A DNA stretch of 64,000 nt, from positions 442,480 to 506,479 of the forward strand of contig CAZAYU010000001.1 of NCBI GenBank assembly GCA_964489445.1, read 5' to 3'. The notes under the pieces are model-generated. The model was given only the letters and a program-made list of their open reading frames with translations. It made no database searches and had not been told where the DNA came from. The DNA is from an uncultured Planctomycetia bacterium (GTDB lineage: Bacteria > Omnitrophota > Gorgyraeia > Duberdicusellales > 4484-171). Position numbers and translations under genes: made by a program. Shown here piece after piece: positions 40,113 through 50,358 of the stretch; within the stretch, counting starts at the first letter, position 1, and every line of letters begins with the position of its first letter.

Positions 40113-41450
40113 TTATGCACTTTGCTTTCTTTCTACTGTCGACTCTACGTTCCCCTTATAAAAAACAGTGGTCAGTCGGTCTCCTTTTTCAATATCCTTG
40201 ATTGAAGCCACTGCTTTTTTCCCTTTAAGGGTAATCGAGTAGCCTCTTTTCAACACATTAACCGGATCTAATATTTTTATTTTCCCCTCTAAATATTCAA
40301 GGTGCTCTCGACAATGTTGGGGCAATTTAGTTACTGTCGAGGTTAACTTTTCCCAGCTTCTTTTGAGGAAATCTTTTTCATCTTTTAGAATGATATTTAC
40401 ACAAGCAACGATCTTATGCTTTTTTTCTAAAATTTCTTCGCGATGAATCCGAAAAAAACGAAAAGAAGCCGATTCAATCTTTACTGTTAAATTTTCTAAA
40501 TGTTTCTTTTTATTCATCAGTAACCCCTGAGCGTTACTTACTATTTTTTCTTCCAGATAGTTTAAATTTTCCGACACCTCTCTGATTATCTCTACTAAAA
40601 ACTGCCCAGCTTTTGTGGGAGTCTTGCAAACGGTGTGCGCAACTAAATCAGTAATTGTTGTATTAATCTCATGGCCTAAAGCAGAAATAACCGGTAACTT
40701 AGATGCAGCTATGCTTTCTGCTATTTTTTGACTATCAAAATAGCTTAAATCAGCAGTTGATCCGCCTCCGCGAGTTATAACAATAACATCTATCTTTTCC
40801 TTTGCTTCATCATTAAAATACCCCAAAGCCCCCATAACATCTTTCTCCACAAGATTACCCTGCATATGGCAATTACAAGCTAACACCTTAAAACTAAATC
40901 CACTTATCTTAAGTTCATTAGTAAAATCATGATACGCTGCCGATGAAGAGGAAGTTATCAATCCCACTCTCAACGGTAATTGTGGAATCACCAACTGCTT
41001 ATTTTTTTCTAAAAGGCCTTTTCTTTTAAGCTCCTCAATTATTTTTTGCCGGCTTTGGGCCATTTTCCCTAGAGTGTATACCGGATCAATATCTGAGACA
41101 ATCAAGCTAAAATTACCATTCTTAGGATATAAATCCACATCACACAATAATTTAACTTCAATATCATTACGTAGTTCTAATCCGGACGCGGATTCTTTAA
41201 GCCGCTTTAAAATCTGAAATTTTCGGCCTTGAAAAATTGCGGCACTTACTTTAGCTAAAACTTGATCAGCATCTGGATCTTTCTGAACGAAATTAAAATA
41301 AATGTGTTTGCGATCTCTGCTCATCCGCAAATCCTGAATCTCCCCGCACACCCAGACACTGCTAGAAAACTTATCTTTTATCAGTTTTCTGACTGTTGTG
41401 TTTAGCTCTAATACCGTATAAACTTTATTAATTTCAAAAAGACTATCCAC
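40113..41450 (-). CDS. xseA: exodeoxyribonuclease VII large subunit
   Basis: VWVCGEI OB fold, RVGLITS, RGGGS, SALGHE, TPT, VLKRGYS. Confidence 0.95.
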   Translation of the reverse strand: MDSLFEINKVYTVLELNTTVRKLIKDKFSSSVWVCGEIQDLRMSRDRKHIYFNFVQKDPDADQVLAKVSAAIFQGRKFQILKRLKESASGLELRNDIEVKLLCDVDLYPKNGNFSLIVSDIDPVYTLGKMAQSRQKIIEELKRKGLLEKNKQLVIPQLPLRVGLITSSSSAAYHDFTNELKISGFSFKVLACNCHMQGNLVEKDVMGALGYFNDEAKEKIDVIVITRGGGSTADLSYFDSQKIAESIAASKLPVISALGHEINTTITDLVAHTVCKTPTKAGQFLVEIIREVSENLNYLEEKIVSNAQGLLMNKKKHLENLTVKIESASFRFFRIHREEILEKKHKIVACVNIILKDEKDFLKRSWEKLTSTVTKLPQHCREHLEYLEGKIKILDPVNVLKRGYSITLKGKKAVASIKDIEKGDRLTTVFYKGNVESTVERKQSA

Positions 41451-42684
41451 GGCTATCCTCTAAAAAACTACTTACCGGATAAAATTTTATTTTCAGCAAA
41501 GCCGCAAATAACAAAAGTGCCGCCAGAGAAAGAAGCGAATACACATCGACTGCATCTTTTACACCCTGAATAAACAATTCATCCGGCCAACTTATTAAAA
41601 TCCCGGAAATTCCCACCATAGCCCAAACTAATTTATCTTTATGTTGAACCTTAAACAAATAATAAAAACAAACCATGTAAGAAAAAGTTAAAAACACAAA
41701 CGAATGAATCCAGCCATTCGGATTAAACAATCCGGCACAAACAAATAACAAGCCATAGTCAATGACTCGCGTAAAATTATCACCTTTTTTGTATTTTGAT
41801 GAAGGGCAAAGCGTTAAAAGATAAAGAAAAACAAATGCTGAGCCAACCAAAAATCCTAAATGAAATTTACTCAAATTTAAAATATTAATGCTAGATTCGG
41901 TAAAATTAGAAAAATAGCGCAATATTAGCGCTACCAGAGATTGATTAGCATGAGTAGACATTGAACCAAAGTCTAAAGATGTTTTGCAGAGAAAAGGAAT
42001 GAATGATTTCTGTAAAGATAAGTTATAGTCAAAACTTAAGAAAAAAGCCGGTAAAATCACAAGCACAAACAATGATAAGCAAAAATAAAACACAACTTTA
42101 AACTTCTTCTTAAATAAAAAATAAGGAATAAATATTATTGACATATACTTAACTAACACAGAAAATGCCAAAGCTAAACTTCCCGTAAACCGCTTTCGCC
42201 TCTGAAACAGATAAAGAGCAAATGCTAGCATGCTCATCATAAGGATATTAACCTGACCCTCATCAAAATTCTGCGCAAATATCCTTAGTGTAAACAAAAA
42301 TGATAAAAAATATACCCAGTTTTTCCTTCTATTATTGAATGGCCGGACAAACACTATCCGCGAAGACCAGTAGAAAAATAAAAGGATCAAAATAAAATTA
42401 AGGGTATACCAAATAATTGCCGCAGAATTCTCATTTAAAAAGCCTAAGGGATAAAATATTAATCCAACAATCGGCGGGTATTTAAAATTGGCTATTCCGT
42501 CACGACGATAAGCTTGATCATCATAGATATTACCTCTTTCGGCTAATACTTGCGCTGTATAATGATAAACATGAAAATCAGCAAACTGCCGCTTAGGCAT
42601 TTTATACTGATACCGCCCTAAAAATGCGATGAATATAAAAATAATTACAAAACAACGTACCTTATGTTTACCAATTCTTCTCAT
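41443..42684 (-). CDS. GT87/DUF2029-type membrane glycosyltransferase
   Basis: DFHVY, FKYPP, GQVN, NQSL motifs; multi-TM. Confidence 0.8.
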   Translation of the reverse strand: MRRIGKHKVRCFVIIFIFIAFLGRYQYKMPKRQFADFHVYHYTAQVLAERGNIYDDQAYRRDGIANFKYPPIVGLIFYPLGFLNENSAAIIWYTLNFILILLFFYWSSRIVFVRPFNNRRKNWVYFLSFLFTLRIFAQNFDEGQVNILMMSMLAFALYLFQRRKRFTGSLALAFSVLVKYMSIIFIPYFLFKKKFKVVFYFCLSLFVLVILPAFFLSFDYNLSLQKSFIPFLCKTSLDFGSMSTHANQSLVALILRYFSNFTESSINILNLSKFHLGFLVGSAFVFLYLLTLCPSSKYKKGDNFTRVIDYGLLFVCAGLFNPNGWIHSFVFLTFSYMVCFYYLFKVQHKDKLVWAMVGISGILISWPDELFIQGVKDAVDVYSLLSLAALLLFAALLKIKFYPVSSFLEDSRG

Positions 42685-42686
42685 TT

Positions 42687-43391
42687 CTATACTCCTTTTT
42701 CTTTTATTCTTTTATGCATGTAAGCTATATCACCTAAGGTAGTAAAAATATGGGAAATCCGCACAGTACTTTTCCCGGCCTGTCGCGAAAAATGTTTTAC
42801 TCCAATTTGTTTAAGTTTAAATCCTTTCAGCATTGCCTTAATTAAAAGCTCCGTATCAATGAAAAAATTATCCCGCTCAATACTTAAGCTATGCAGGCAT
42901 TCTCTCTTGAATAGCTTAAAAGAACAATCAATATCTTTAACTTTCAAGCCAAACACCAAACGAATAAGTTTATTATAACAACGAGCGGTAAATTTACGAA
43001 TTATAGAGTCTTGCCTATCTTTCCTGTACCCAATAACATAATCAACATCTTTTATTGCCTCAACAAACTTAATTATCTCTTGAATATCAAATTGATTGTC
43101 AGCATCAGTATAAAAGATCAACTGTTTGTTTGATGAAAATAAACCGGTCCTTAACGCGGCGCCGTAACCTTTATTTGTTTTATGCTTTAGTACCCGCAAT
43201 GAATCTGCTAATTTATTTTTTATTTCCTGACAAACTTGATAGGTATCGTCACAACTTCCATCATCGACAACAATAATTTCAAAGTCTTCAAAATTATTTT
43301 TTAAAAAATTAAATGTTTTGCTAACTAAACACTTAATATTTTTCTGCTCATTGTAAGCAGGAAAAACTACAGCTATGCTTTCTTGTATCAT
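42687..43391 (-). CDS. GT2 polyprenol-phosphate glycosyltransferase (DPM1-like)
   Basis: PAYNE, VDDGS, GYGAA, DAD, DIDCSFKL. Confidence 0.9.
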   Translation of the reverse strand: MIQESIAVVFPAYNEQKNIKCLVSKTFNFLKNNFEDFEIIVVDDGSCDDTYQVCQEIKNKLADSLRVLKHKTNKGYGAALRTGLFSSNKQLIFYTDADNQFDIQEIIKFVEAIKDVDYVIGYRKDRQDSIIRKFTARCYNKLIRLVFGLKVKDIDCSFKLFKRECLHSLSIERDNFFIDTELLIKAMLKGFKLKQIGVKHFSRQAGKSTVRISHIFTTLGDIAYMHKRIKEKGV

Positions 43392-44350
43392 CTGTTTTTA
43401 TTTCCTGCTTGTCTGCTAAAGTCCACAATGCTAGGAACTCTATTTAAAAAACTATCTAAATTATTTTCTTCAACTACCAAGCTTTCAGTATTAAAAGGAC
43501 CCCAACGAACAGGGTTAGTGGTTTTAAACAACCCCACCACCGGCAGTTTCAATAAACTAGCTAAATGCAAGGGTCCAGAATCAAGCCCAATAAATACCTG
43601 ACAATATTTTTTAAAAAACGTCGCCAACTCAGGCAAACTTAAATTTCCGGTAATATCATCCACCAACAGCTGACTTGCCAACATTTTAGCTTCCGGTTTT
43701 TCCTCTTGTGAGCCGATAATAACTATTTTCTGTTGAAAATTTGTTTTAATTTCCCTAATTAACTTTTGCCAAAATACAATATCAATTTTTTTTAACCTGT
43801 CTGAGGTAAACGGATGGATCACAAATAGCTTTTCGTCTTTGTCTAAATTAAGCCCTATCTTACCTTCCAGACAATTGCTCGCATCAATGTTCAAATCAAC
43901 ATCAAGTATATCTGTCTTATTGCAAATTAACTTTAACAAATCTATATTATACTCTACTTCATGCTTTGCTTCAGAAAATTTTTCATCCTTTATCTTACGA
44001 TTAAGACAAAATCCCCATTTTCTCTGATACCCGACTCTTAGCTTAACTCCAGCTAAAAAAGAAGCTAAATGAAACTCTTTCTTAGGATTTAACGCTACCA
44101 CTGTATCAATGTTTTCCGCTGTAAATAACTTTGCCAACCTGAATGAGCCTTGATAGCCAGAAAAAACATTCATTTTGTATTCCAAGAAATAATCAATAAA
44201 ATCAATATTCTTTACTAGCTCTAAATTATTTCTCTTTGCTAAAAGATAGATTTGGCTTTTGGGAAAATTTAATCTTGCCAGCTTAATCGCCGGAAGGCTT
44301 AACAGGAATTCACCAAAACGATCAGAGCGAATAAATAGAATTTTCTTCAT
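43388..44350 (-). CDS. GT9 (heptosyltransferase-like) glycosyltransferase
   Basis: RSDRFGE, HEVEYN, IHP, DSGPLHLA, RWGP. Confidence 0.85.
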   Translation of the reverse strand: MKKILFIRSDRFGEFLLSLPAIKLARLNFPKSQIYLLAKRNNLELVKNIDFIDYFLEYKMNVFSGYQGSFRLAKLFTAENIDTVVALNPKKEFHLASFLAGVKLRVGYQRKWGFCLNRKIKDEKFSEAKHEVEYNIDLLKLICNKTDILDVDLNIDASNCLEGKIGLNLDKDEKLFVIHPFTSDRLKKIDIVFWQKLIREIKTNFQQKIVIIGSQEEKPEAKMLASQLLVDDITGNLSLPELATFFKKYCQVFIGLDSGPLHLASLLKLPVVGLFKTTNPVRWGPFNTESLVVEENNLDSFLNRVPSIVDFSRQAGNKNR

Positions 44351-44352
44351 AA

Positions 44353-45198
44353 TTACACCACTATCGGCACCTTTGGCCTTAAAAAAGTTTTATAGCGTAA
44401 ACGAAACCAAAAAAAAGGACTCCACCAATATTTTTGTTTAATCAATTTTAAATCTTTGCTGCTTAGATGATGATTCATCGCAATATCCCGCATAGTTTGA
44501 GGAACAGTGCCAAAATAAACAGGAAACTGAAACAAGTTTCCAAACTGATATTCTAATTTTTGCTCATTATCGCTTAAATTGGCATAACCTAGCTCCTTGG
44601 CATTCTTCCGGCGCTGGGACATTATTTTCGGATTATTCACCCACCCATAATGATAAATAAAACAGGGAGTCTTAATTGTCTTAATCGGAGTATCATCTTT
44701 TCGCCTAAAACCCCAAGCGCCGCTGTAAGCTTTAATATTTCCATTATTCCGGACAATCCGGTCTTGTTTTTGAAACCAAGGAGGATCAACCCTGTAACGG
44801 TAAAAGCTTCCGTAAAAATGCATCCACTTAAAGCGAAAACCTTCTATTTTTTCATCTTTGAGATATTTACGCATATATTTTTCCAACCGTGGTAAATCAC
44901 GCTCATGCACCACTTCATCGGTTTGAATATAAAATGCCCAGTCTCCGCGACATTCAGCCAAGGCTTGGTTTGTGGCCTGGCTAAGCATCTCTTCGCCTAA
45001 GGAATCATCCCATTTACTTTGAATTATTTTTATTTTCGGGCTATCAATCGACTCTATTAATTTTAATGTTTCATCTTCTGACTCTCCGACATTAACAATA
45101 AGTTCATCACAAATCGGCAATATTGACAGGATTGCTTCTTTGGCCGGATAATTAAACTTAATCGCATTTCTAACTATAGTAAATCCACTGATTTTCAT
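44353..45198 (-). CDS. GT2 glycosyltransferase
   Basis: GFTIVRNA, GDWAFYIQTDE, YHYGWV. Confidence 0.82.
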   Translation of the reverse strand: MKISGFTIVRNAIKFNYPAKEAILSILPICDELIVNVGESEDETLKLIESIDSPKIKIIQSKWDDSLGEEMLSQATNQALAECRGDWAFYIQTDEVVHERDLPRLEKYMRKYLKDEKIEGFRFKWMHFYGSFYRYRVDPPWFQKQDRIVRNNGNIKAYSGAWGFRRKDDTPIKTIKTPCFIYHYGWVNNPKIMSQRRKNAKELGYANLSDNEQKLEYQFGNLFQFPVYFGTVPQTMRDIAMNHHLSSKDLKLIKQKYWWSPFFWFRLRYKTFLRPKVPIVV

Positions 45199-45255
45199 TT
45201 GATTATTATTTGATAACAGAATCGTTTCACCATTTTGATTCTCTTTTTATTTTTT

Positions 45256-45358
45256 CCTCTTCATCCTTCTCCCATCCTCTATCCTCCATCTCATTCTCCA
45301 TCTTCCTTCTTCCTTCTTCCATTCTCCATCATCCCTCGTCCATCTTCCGTCGTCCATC
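45256..45358 (-). repeat. heptamer tract T4 (about 14 GANGGAN-type units)
   Basis: GATGGAC GACGGAA GATGGAC GAGGGAT GATGGAG AATGGAA GAAGGAA GAAGGAA GATGGAG .. GATGGAG GATAGAG GATGGGA GAAGGAT. Confidence 0.85.
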
Positions 45359-47378
45359 TTTCCCTAATCAGCTGTCTAGCCAGCAAATAAATAAATAAGG
45401 TATTGCTAACAACATAACGCTTCCAAAGACGTCTTGGTTCCTGAGATAAACGAAACAGCCATTCTAGCCCAAACGCCTGCATCCATTTCGGAGCTCGGAG
45501 AAGCGCACCAGCAATAAAATCAAATGCCGCACCCACAGTAATAATTACTGCCGGTATTTTATCTTTATGCTCAAAAGCCCAGATTTCCTGTTTAGGACAG
45601 CCAATGCCGATGAATAAAATATTTATTCCGGAATCAATTATCTTGCTTATAACATCTTTATCTTCAGCCTCATTCATCAACCGAAACGGTGGACTAAATA
45701 AATAAGCAATATCTAATCCAGGAAATTTAAGTTTCAAATTATTAGCCATTAACTTTAAAACTTTAGGTGTTGCTCCATAAAACCCAACTTTCAAATTTAG
45801 TTGTTCAGCCTTTTTACAAATTAACGGAGTTAAGTCTGGACCAGATACTTTTTGCGCATCTTTTAAACCTAAAAGTTTTAATGCCCAGACCAAAGCCATT
45901 CCATCGCAAGTTGCCAGTTCTGATGAATTAACGATTTTTTTAAAATAATCATCTCTGGCAGCCAAAGTTAATACATAAGCATTTTCAATACAGACAAAAC
46001 TTCCACTTTTTCTCTTAGACAGTTTAACTATTCTATTTACCGTATCTTGATAAGTAGTGTTATCAATACGCACTCCGGATAAATAACGATAAGTATCAGA
46101 ATTATTGTTAGCTACCAAACCTACCTGCTGATGTTTACTAATTAAATCCGTTGCTAAAACAACATATGCCTTAACTTGTGCTTCCATAGAAAAATTACTT
46201 AAAGCAAATTCTCTAGCTTCTTCTGAAAATTCTTTCTGCTTTTGCGAGTTGCTCAAAATATTCCTCAATGCTTCTTCAGCTTCTTTGCTGTTAGAAACCA
46301 CATATCCACTCTTTCCTTCTACTAAAGCCTCTCGGCAGCCTCCGGAATCCAGAGTCACAATCGGAATCCCACAGGCAGAGGCCTCAACTAAAGTATTCGG
46401 TAGATTATCGGCCTTACTTAAAGAAAGATAAACGTCGGCGGCGTTATAGCAAGCGGCTAAAATCTTTTCATCCTGGGTAAAGCCAACCTTAATAATTTTT
46501 ACGCCGGCAATTTTTGTAAATTCTTCGCCTCGATACCCGACAACCAAAACGGTTAAAGGAAAGTTTACTTTTTCCTTTAAATTTTTTATAACCTCCCAAG
46601 ACTCTCTCGCCCCTTTTCGCTGATCGTTTAGCTTAAAAGAAGACAACATGATGACTTTTTCTGATTTCCCAATCCCAAAAATGCTTCGCGCCGATTCCGT
46701 TAATCCCGGTTTAAATACAGATAAATTAACGGCTGTGGGTATTAATTCGCAGCGAAAATCACAAGTCAAAGGCGACTTCTCAACTATTTCTTTAAGCCAT
46801 TTTGAAGGAGAAACAAATACTAATTTATCTTTTAACCGTTGATATATTTTTTGCTTTCGCAGCCACAGAAAATGAGTGGTATCGAAAAATAATTCCGGAT
46901 AATCGTAAAGACGCGGACATTTTCCACAGCCCGTTTCCCATTTTTCGCACTCGTAAGAATAAGCGCAGTGCCCGGTTACCGCCCACATATCCGGAAGCCG
47001 CCAAATCAAAGGCGCTTTTTGCGAAAGAAAGGGTAAAATTCCTATCGATATATACCACCAGTGCAGGTTGCGTAAAATGATAATGTCGTTCCAATCATTA
47101 ACTAATTTTGAGCGGCGTAAGAAAAAAGAAGACGGATAACCAAAAGACTGCAATCCGAAAGCATTAAAGAATTTTCCGAACAAAGCATTAGGTAAATAGC
47201 CGAATTTTCCCGGCAGGATTGACGAACTATCATTTCCGGAATGTTCTTTTAAAGCGCATAAGGTATGGCTTGCGTATCCGGATTCCAATAACGCCTGATG
47301 CAGGCGGAAAGACTCTATGGAAGCTCCCCAGCGAATATCGGAAGCGTTAATGTGCAGAAAATTAATTTCTCTTAGCAT
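45291..47378 (-). CDS. fused GT4 + WecB/TagA/CpsF (GT26) glycosyltransferase
   Basis: N-terminal WcaC-like GT4 (DMWAVTGHC, CGKCP, DNLPNTLVEA); C-terminal DGM, GCPKQE, GAAFDF, GLEWLFRL..EPRRLWKRY. Confidence 0.85.
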   Translation of the reverse strand: MLREINFLHINASDIRWGASIESFRLHQALLESGYASHTLCALKEHSGNDSSSILPGKFGYLPNALFGKFFNAFGLQSFGYPSSFFLRRSKLVNDWNDIIILRNLHWWYISIGILPFLSQKAPLIWRLPDMWAVTGHCAYSYECEKWETGCGKCPRLYDYPELFFDTTHFLWLRKQKIYQRLKDKLVFVSPSKWLKEIVEKSPLTCDFRCELIPTAVNLSVFKPGLTESARSIFGIGKSEKVIMLSSFKLNDQRKGARESWEVIKNLKEKVNFPLTVLVVGYRGEEFTKIAGVKIIKVGFTQDEKILAACYNAADVYLSLSKADNLPNTLVEASACGIPIVTLDSGGCREALVEGKSGYVVSNSKEAEEALRNILSNSQKQKEFSEEAREFALSNFSMEAQVKAYVVLATDLISKHQQVGLVANNNSDTYRYLSGVRIDNTTYQDTVNRIVKLSKRKSGSFVCIENAYVLTLAARDDYFKKIVNSSELATCDGMALVWALKLLGLKDAQKVSGPDLTPLICKKAEQLNLKVGFYGATPKVLKLMANNLKLKFPGLDIAYLFSPPFRLMNEAEDKDVISKIIDSGINILFIGIGCPKQEIWAFEHKDKIPAVIITVGAAFDFIAGALLRAPKWMQAFGLEWLFRLSQEPRRLWKRYVVSNTLFIYLLARQLIRERWTTEDGRGMMENGRRKKEDGE

Positions 47379-47396
47379 TTTTTAATATTTTTGATA

Positions 47397-47564
47397 TCAA
47401 ACAATCAAGATTTTATCTTCATCGATAAAATCTTCTTTTCCTGACAATATAAATTTCATCGTTGCCTTTTCATCTTGTTCATAACGATGCTCGAGAAGAT
47501 CAAAATAATACCTATCTGCTCCGCCTCTTAGGTGATGAAACTTATTAACATTTAATACTTTCAT
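47397..47564 (-). pseudogene. 55-codon remnant beginning with a GT4 N-terminus
   Basis: MKVLNVNKFHHLRGGADRYYFDLL... typical GT4 first strand and GG motif, then unrelated tail and stop. Confidence 0.65.
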
Positions 47565-47598
47565 TAATCTCGCCTAGAAGTAACTACTCCGCATATAT

Positions 47599-49299
47599 TT
47601 AAAAATTCCTGTTTAAATAATCACTATCCTTACTATTTAAAACCCAATTAGAAAATTCCTTAAGATCATCAGCTTTTTTTAACTCATTAAGATTACTTAC
47701 AACGGGATATAAATTATGATCCAATGGATGCGTCCCTTTATTCTTATAATTAAACTCTGCCCGGAAACTATTCATTATCCAAGGCCGAAGTATAAATGCG
47801 GTATAAGCATGTTTTTTTGCCCACAAAGTTTGCTTCTCTGTCAACAAAGGAAACTCATGAATATGAGAAAGATTTTTTAGATACTCATCTTTGGAGACAG
47901 AATCTACAGTAAATCCCAATCCAGAATATCTACCAGTTCCTGCAGTAAATACCGGCTTTCCAAAGCAAGGCAACTCCATCCCGGTTGTTCCTCTTACTGT
48001 AATTCCATAATCAACAAAGTTGAATAAAGATAAAGTGCTGATATCGGTATCCGGCAACAATATTTTAACGTGCGAAGATAACTTGCCTATTTTTTCCCGA
48101 ATAACCATAATTTCCCGCAACTCACCAGTTAAATTGTCCCGATTTCGTTTCCAGATATTCGCAGGATGAAGTTTAATAATCCAATTTAAATTTTTATTGC
48201 TGCAAGCTGCCTTCAGTGTTTCCACAAACCAATCTTCATAATCTTGAAATAAATCATCACCATAAAACAGATTAGCATCCCAAAGCACATGTGAAAAAAT
48301 AATCGCTGTTCTTTTATTGGTGTCTAGCTCTAACTTTCCAATTATCTCGTCCTTGCTTTTGTTAACAGCCTCAAGCTGATTTCTCTTGCTTAAAAACCAC
48401 TTTCCCCCGTAACGATTACCAAATTCTTCCTGAAGAAAATCTTCATGCTTCTTCGTCCATTCAATTTCTTTTATGCGGTCAAAAGTAGACTTAGACAATG
48501 AATTAGGGTGAAGCCCTTTGGATTCAGAATTAAACCGCTTAAATATTAGTGAATCATCACGCAATGGCTGAACAAATTGGACAATATCTTTCCTGTGTAA
48601 AAACGATAAATCAAATATCGCACCATAAGCATGATCATTAGCCTCATTAAACAAAACACAGTCCGGATTTATATTTTTTATCATTTTCTCTGCAGCATAT
48701 ATCGACTTTATTTGATTTTTCAAATAATACTCTAACTGATAAGAATCTTGTTTATTTGAAAAATCCGGAGTTCTGTGCATTCTTCTAGCCATACGACTTA
48801 ATACTTGCTGCCCCAACCGACATTGTTTAAATTGCCACCCTTTAACCTTCTGGAAAGTAAGGTTATTTAAGGGAAAATTTCTTAAATCCTTCTTGCAGTC
48901 AAATTTATCAAATTGTTTCAAATAATCTTCAAAATAGATAAAATTATTAATCCCAAAAAGCTTAAAATATTTTCGGGGCCAGAAAAAATGCTTCCAGGTC
49001 AATACAACTATTTCTGCTCCGGCAAGCTGCAAAGCCTTACCCAGCATTGCTTCAGTTTTAACTTGATATAAAAAATGCGTAAGACTAACAATTAATATCT
49101 TTTTGTTGGAATAATCTTGAGTCTTGTTTTTTAGAAAACAAAGACCTTTTTTTGCCCTTTGATAATCAGAGGCTATTTGGAAAAAATGCGCAAGATTTTG
49201 ATGATTACGCAATAAATAAACAAATGGAAATATAGATGCAATTTTTTCGGCTATTTCTATTTTTTTCATTAAAATAGATCTCCTGTCTTTAGCAAACAC
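47599..49299 (-). CDS. capsule polysaccharide biosynthesis protein (KpsS/KpsC-like), putative CMP-ulosonate transferase
   Basis: WIIKLHP motif, TVRGTTGME; located downstream of neuBCA. Confidence 0.6.
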   Translation of the reverse strand: MFAKDRRSILMKKIEIAEKIASIFPFVYLLRNHQNLAHFFQIASDYQRAKKGLCFLKNKTQDYSNKKILIVSLTHFLYQVKTEAMLGKALQLAGAEIVVLTWKHFFWPRKYFKLFGINNFIYFEDYLKQFDKFDCKKDLRNFPLNNLTFQKVKGWQFKQCRLGQQVLSRMARRMHRTPDFSNKQDSYQLEYYLKNQIKSIYAAEKMIKNINPDCVLFNEANDHAYGAIFDLSFLHRKDIVQFVQPLRDDSLIFKRFNSESKGLHPNSLSKSTFDRIKEIEWTKKHEDFLQEEFGNRYGGKWFLSKRNQLEAVNKSKDEIIGKLELDTNKRTAIIFSHVLWDANLFYGDDLFQDYEDWFVETLKAACSNKNLNWIIKLHPANIWKRNRDNLTGELREIMVIREKIGKLSSHVKILLPDTDISTLSLFNFVDYGITVRGTTGMELPCFGKPVFTAGTGRYSGLGFTVDSVSKDEYLKNLSHIHEFPLLTEKQTLWAKKHAYTAFILRPWIMNSFRAEFNYKNKGTHPLDHNLYPVVSNLNELKKADDLKEFSNWVLNSKDSDYLNRNF

Positions 49300-50340
49300 T
49301 TACCGCTGACGATTGATTTTTTCTAGCAACAACGTTGCTTGGAGTCCGTCTTCTATCGTTGGGCTATCTTTGCTGATATTTCCTAGAATAGCATTGATAA
49401 ATCGTGAATCTACACGATAAAAAAGCGAAGACATTCTTTTGCTTTCATTTTTATTGGTAATTGATAAAACTTGTGCCTTTGTATTCTCTTGGCAATGTAA
49501 ACTTAAGGTAAAGGGGCCAGCAGAAGAGCCCGGATTAAAATTTTCAACTCGTAATGTTCCTTTACTTCCAAAAGCCGTTAATGAATAGCCTAGAGCCGGC
49601 ATAGTCACATTAGAAAGATGAACAGAAACAACAGTTCCATTAGAAAGCTTAAAAAGAATAGTTGCCACTTCTTCACCCGTAACTTTACGATTCTTTTTCC
49701 CTTCTTTCCTTCGATTAACAAATATCTTTTTATCAACACTCAGTATTTTAGGTGCTGGTGAATCATAGAATAAATAATCAAGTACATGCACACCATAATT
49801 CTGGATAATGCCTCCCCCTAATTCATTTTGGTTTTTCCACCCAAAAGATATCTGATGATTAAGGCGACTGGAAAGAATCCACTCAAGACGAATAAAATGG
49901 ACTACTCCACATTGTTTTTTAGAAATCTGCTTCTTGAATTCCAAAATTTGGGGAATTAAGCGATAACAAAAATTAACCATTCCCACACAATGAGATTTTT
50001 TCCATGCCCTCTGAACTTTTCGGGCATCATTTGAATTTAAACTAAGCGGTTTTTCACATAAAACGTGTTTTTTATTTTTAAAAGCCGAAATCGCTATTGA
50101 AGCTTGAGCAGAAGGAGTAACTGCTATAATCACTGCATCAATTTTTGATGATTCCAACATCTCATCAATAGAACTATAATGTTTAATGCCTGTTTTTTGG
50201 GCAATTAGTGCAGATTTTTTAACATCACAATCAGCAATGCCTGCTATTGCTACCATAGGAATCATGCGCAAAGCTTCAATATGAATCTTACCCGCTGTCC
50301 CGGCTCCAATAATCCCCACCTGTATTTTTCTTTTTCCCAT
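49300..50340 (-). CDS. Gfo/Idh/MocA oxidoreductase
   Basis: GIIGAG, KHVLCEKP, GGG...GVHVLD. Confidence 0.88.
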   Translation of the reverse strand: MGKRKIQVGIIGAGTAGKIHIEALRMIPMVAIAGIADCDVKKSALIAQKTGIKHYSSIDEMLESSKIDAVIIAVTPSAQASIAISAFKNKKHVLCEKPLSLNSNDARKVQRAWKKSHCVGMVNFCYRLIPQILEFKKQISKKQCGVVHFIRLEWILSSRLNHQISFGWKNQNELGGGIIQNYGVHVLDYLFYDSPAPKILSVDKKIFVNRRKEGKKNRKVTGEEVATILFKLSNGTVVSVHLSNVTMPALGYSLTAFGSKGTLRVENFNPGSSAGPFTLSLHCQENTKAQVLSITNKNESKRMSSLFYRVDSRFINAILGNISKDSPTIEDGLQATLLLEKINRQR

Positions 50341-50358
50341 ATAATTATTTAGTAAGTC

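Noticed and set aside
45210-45398. Ser/His/Pro/Phe-rich plus-strand ORFs here and at 62426-62620
   Set aside because: They are translations of the pyrimidine strand of the repeat tracts, not real genes.
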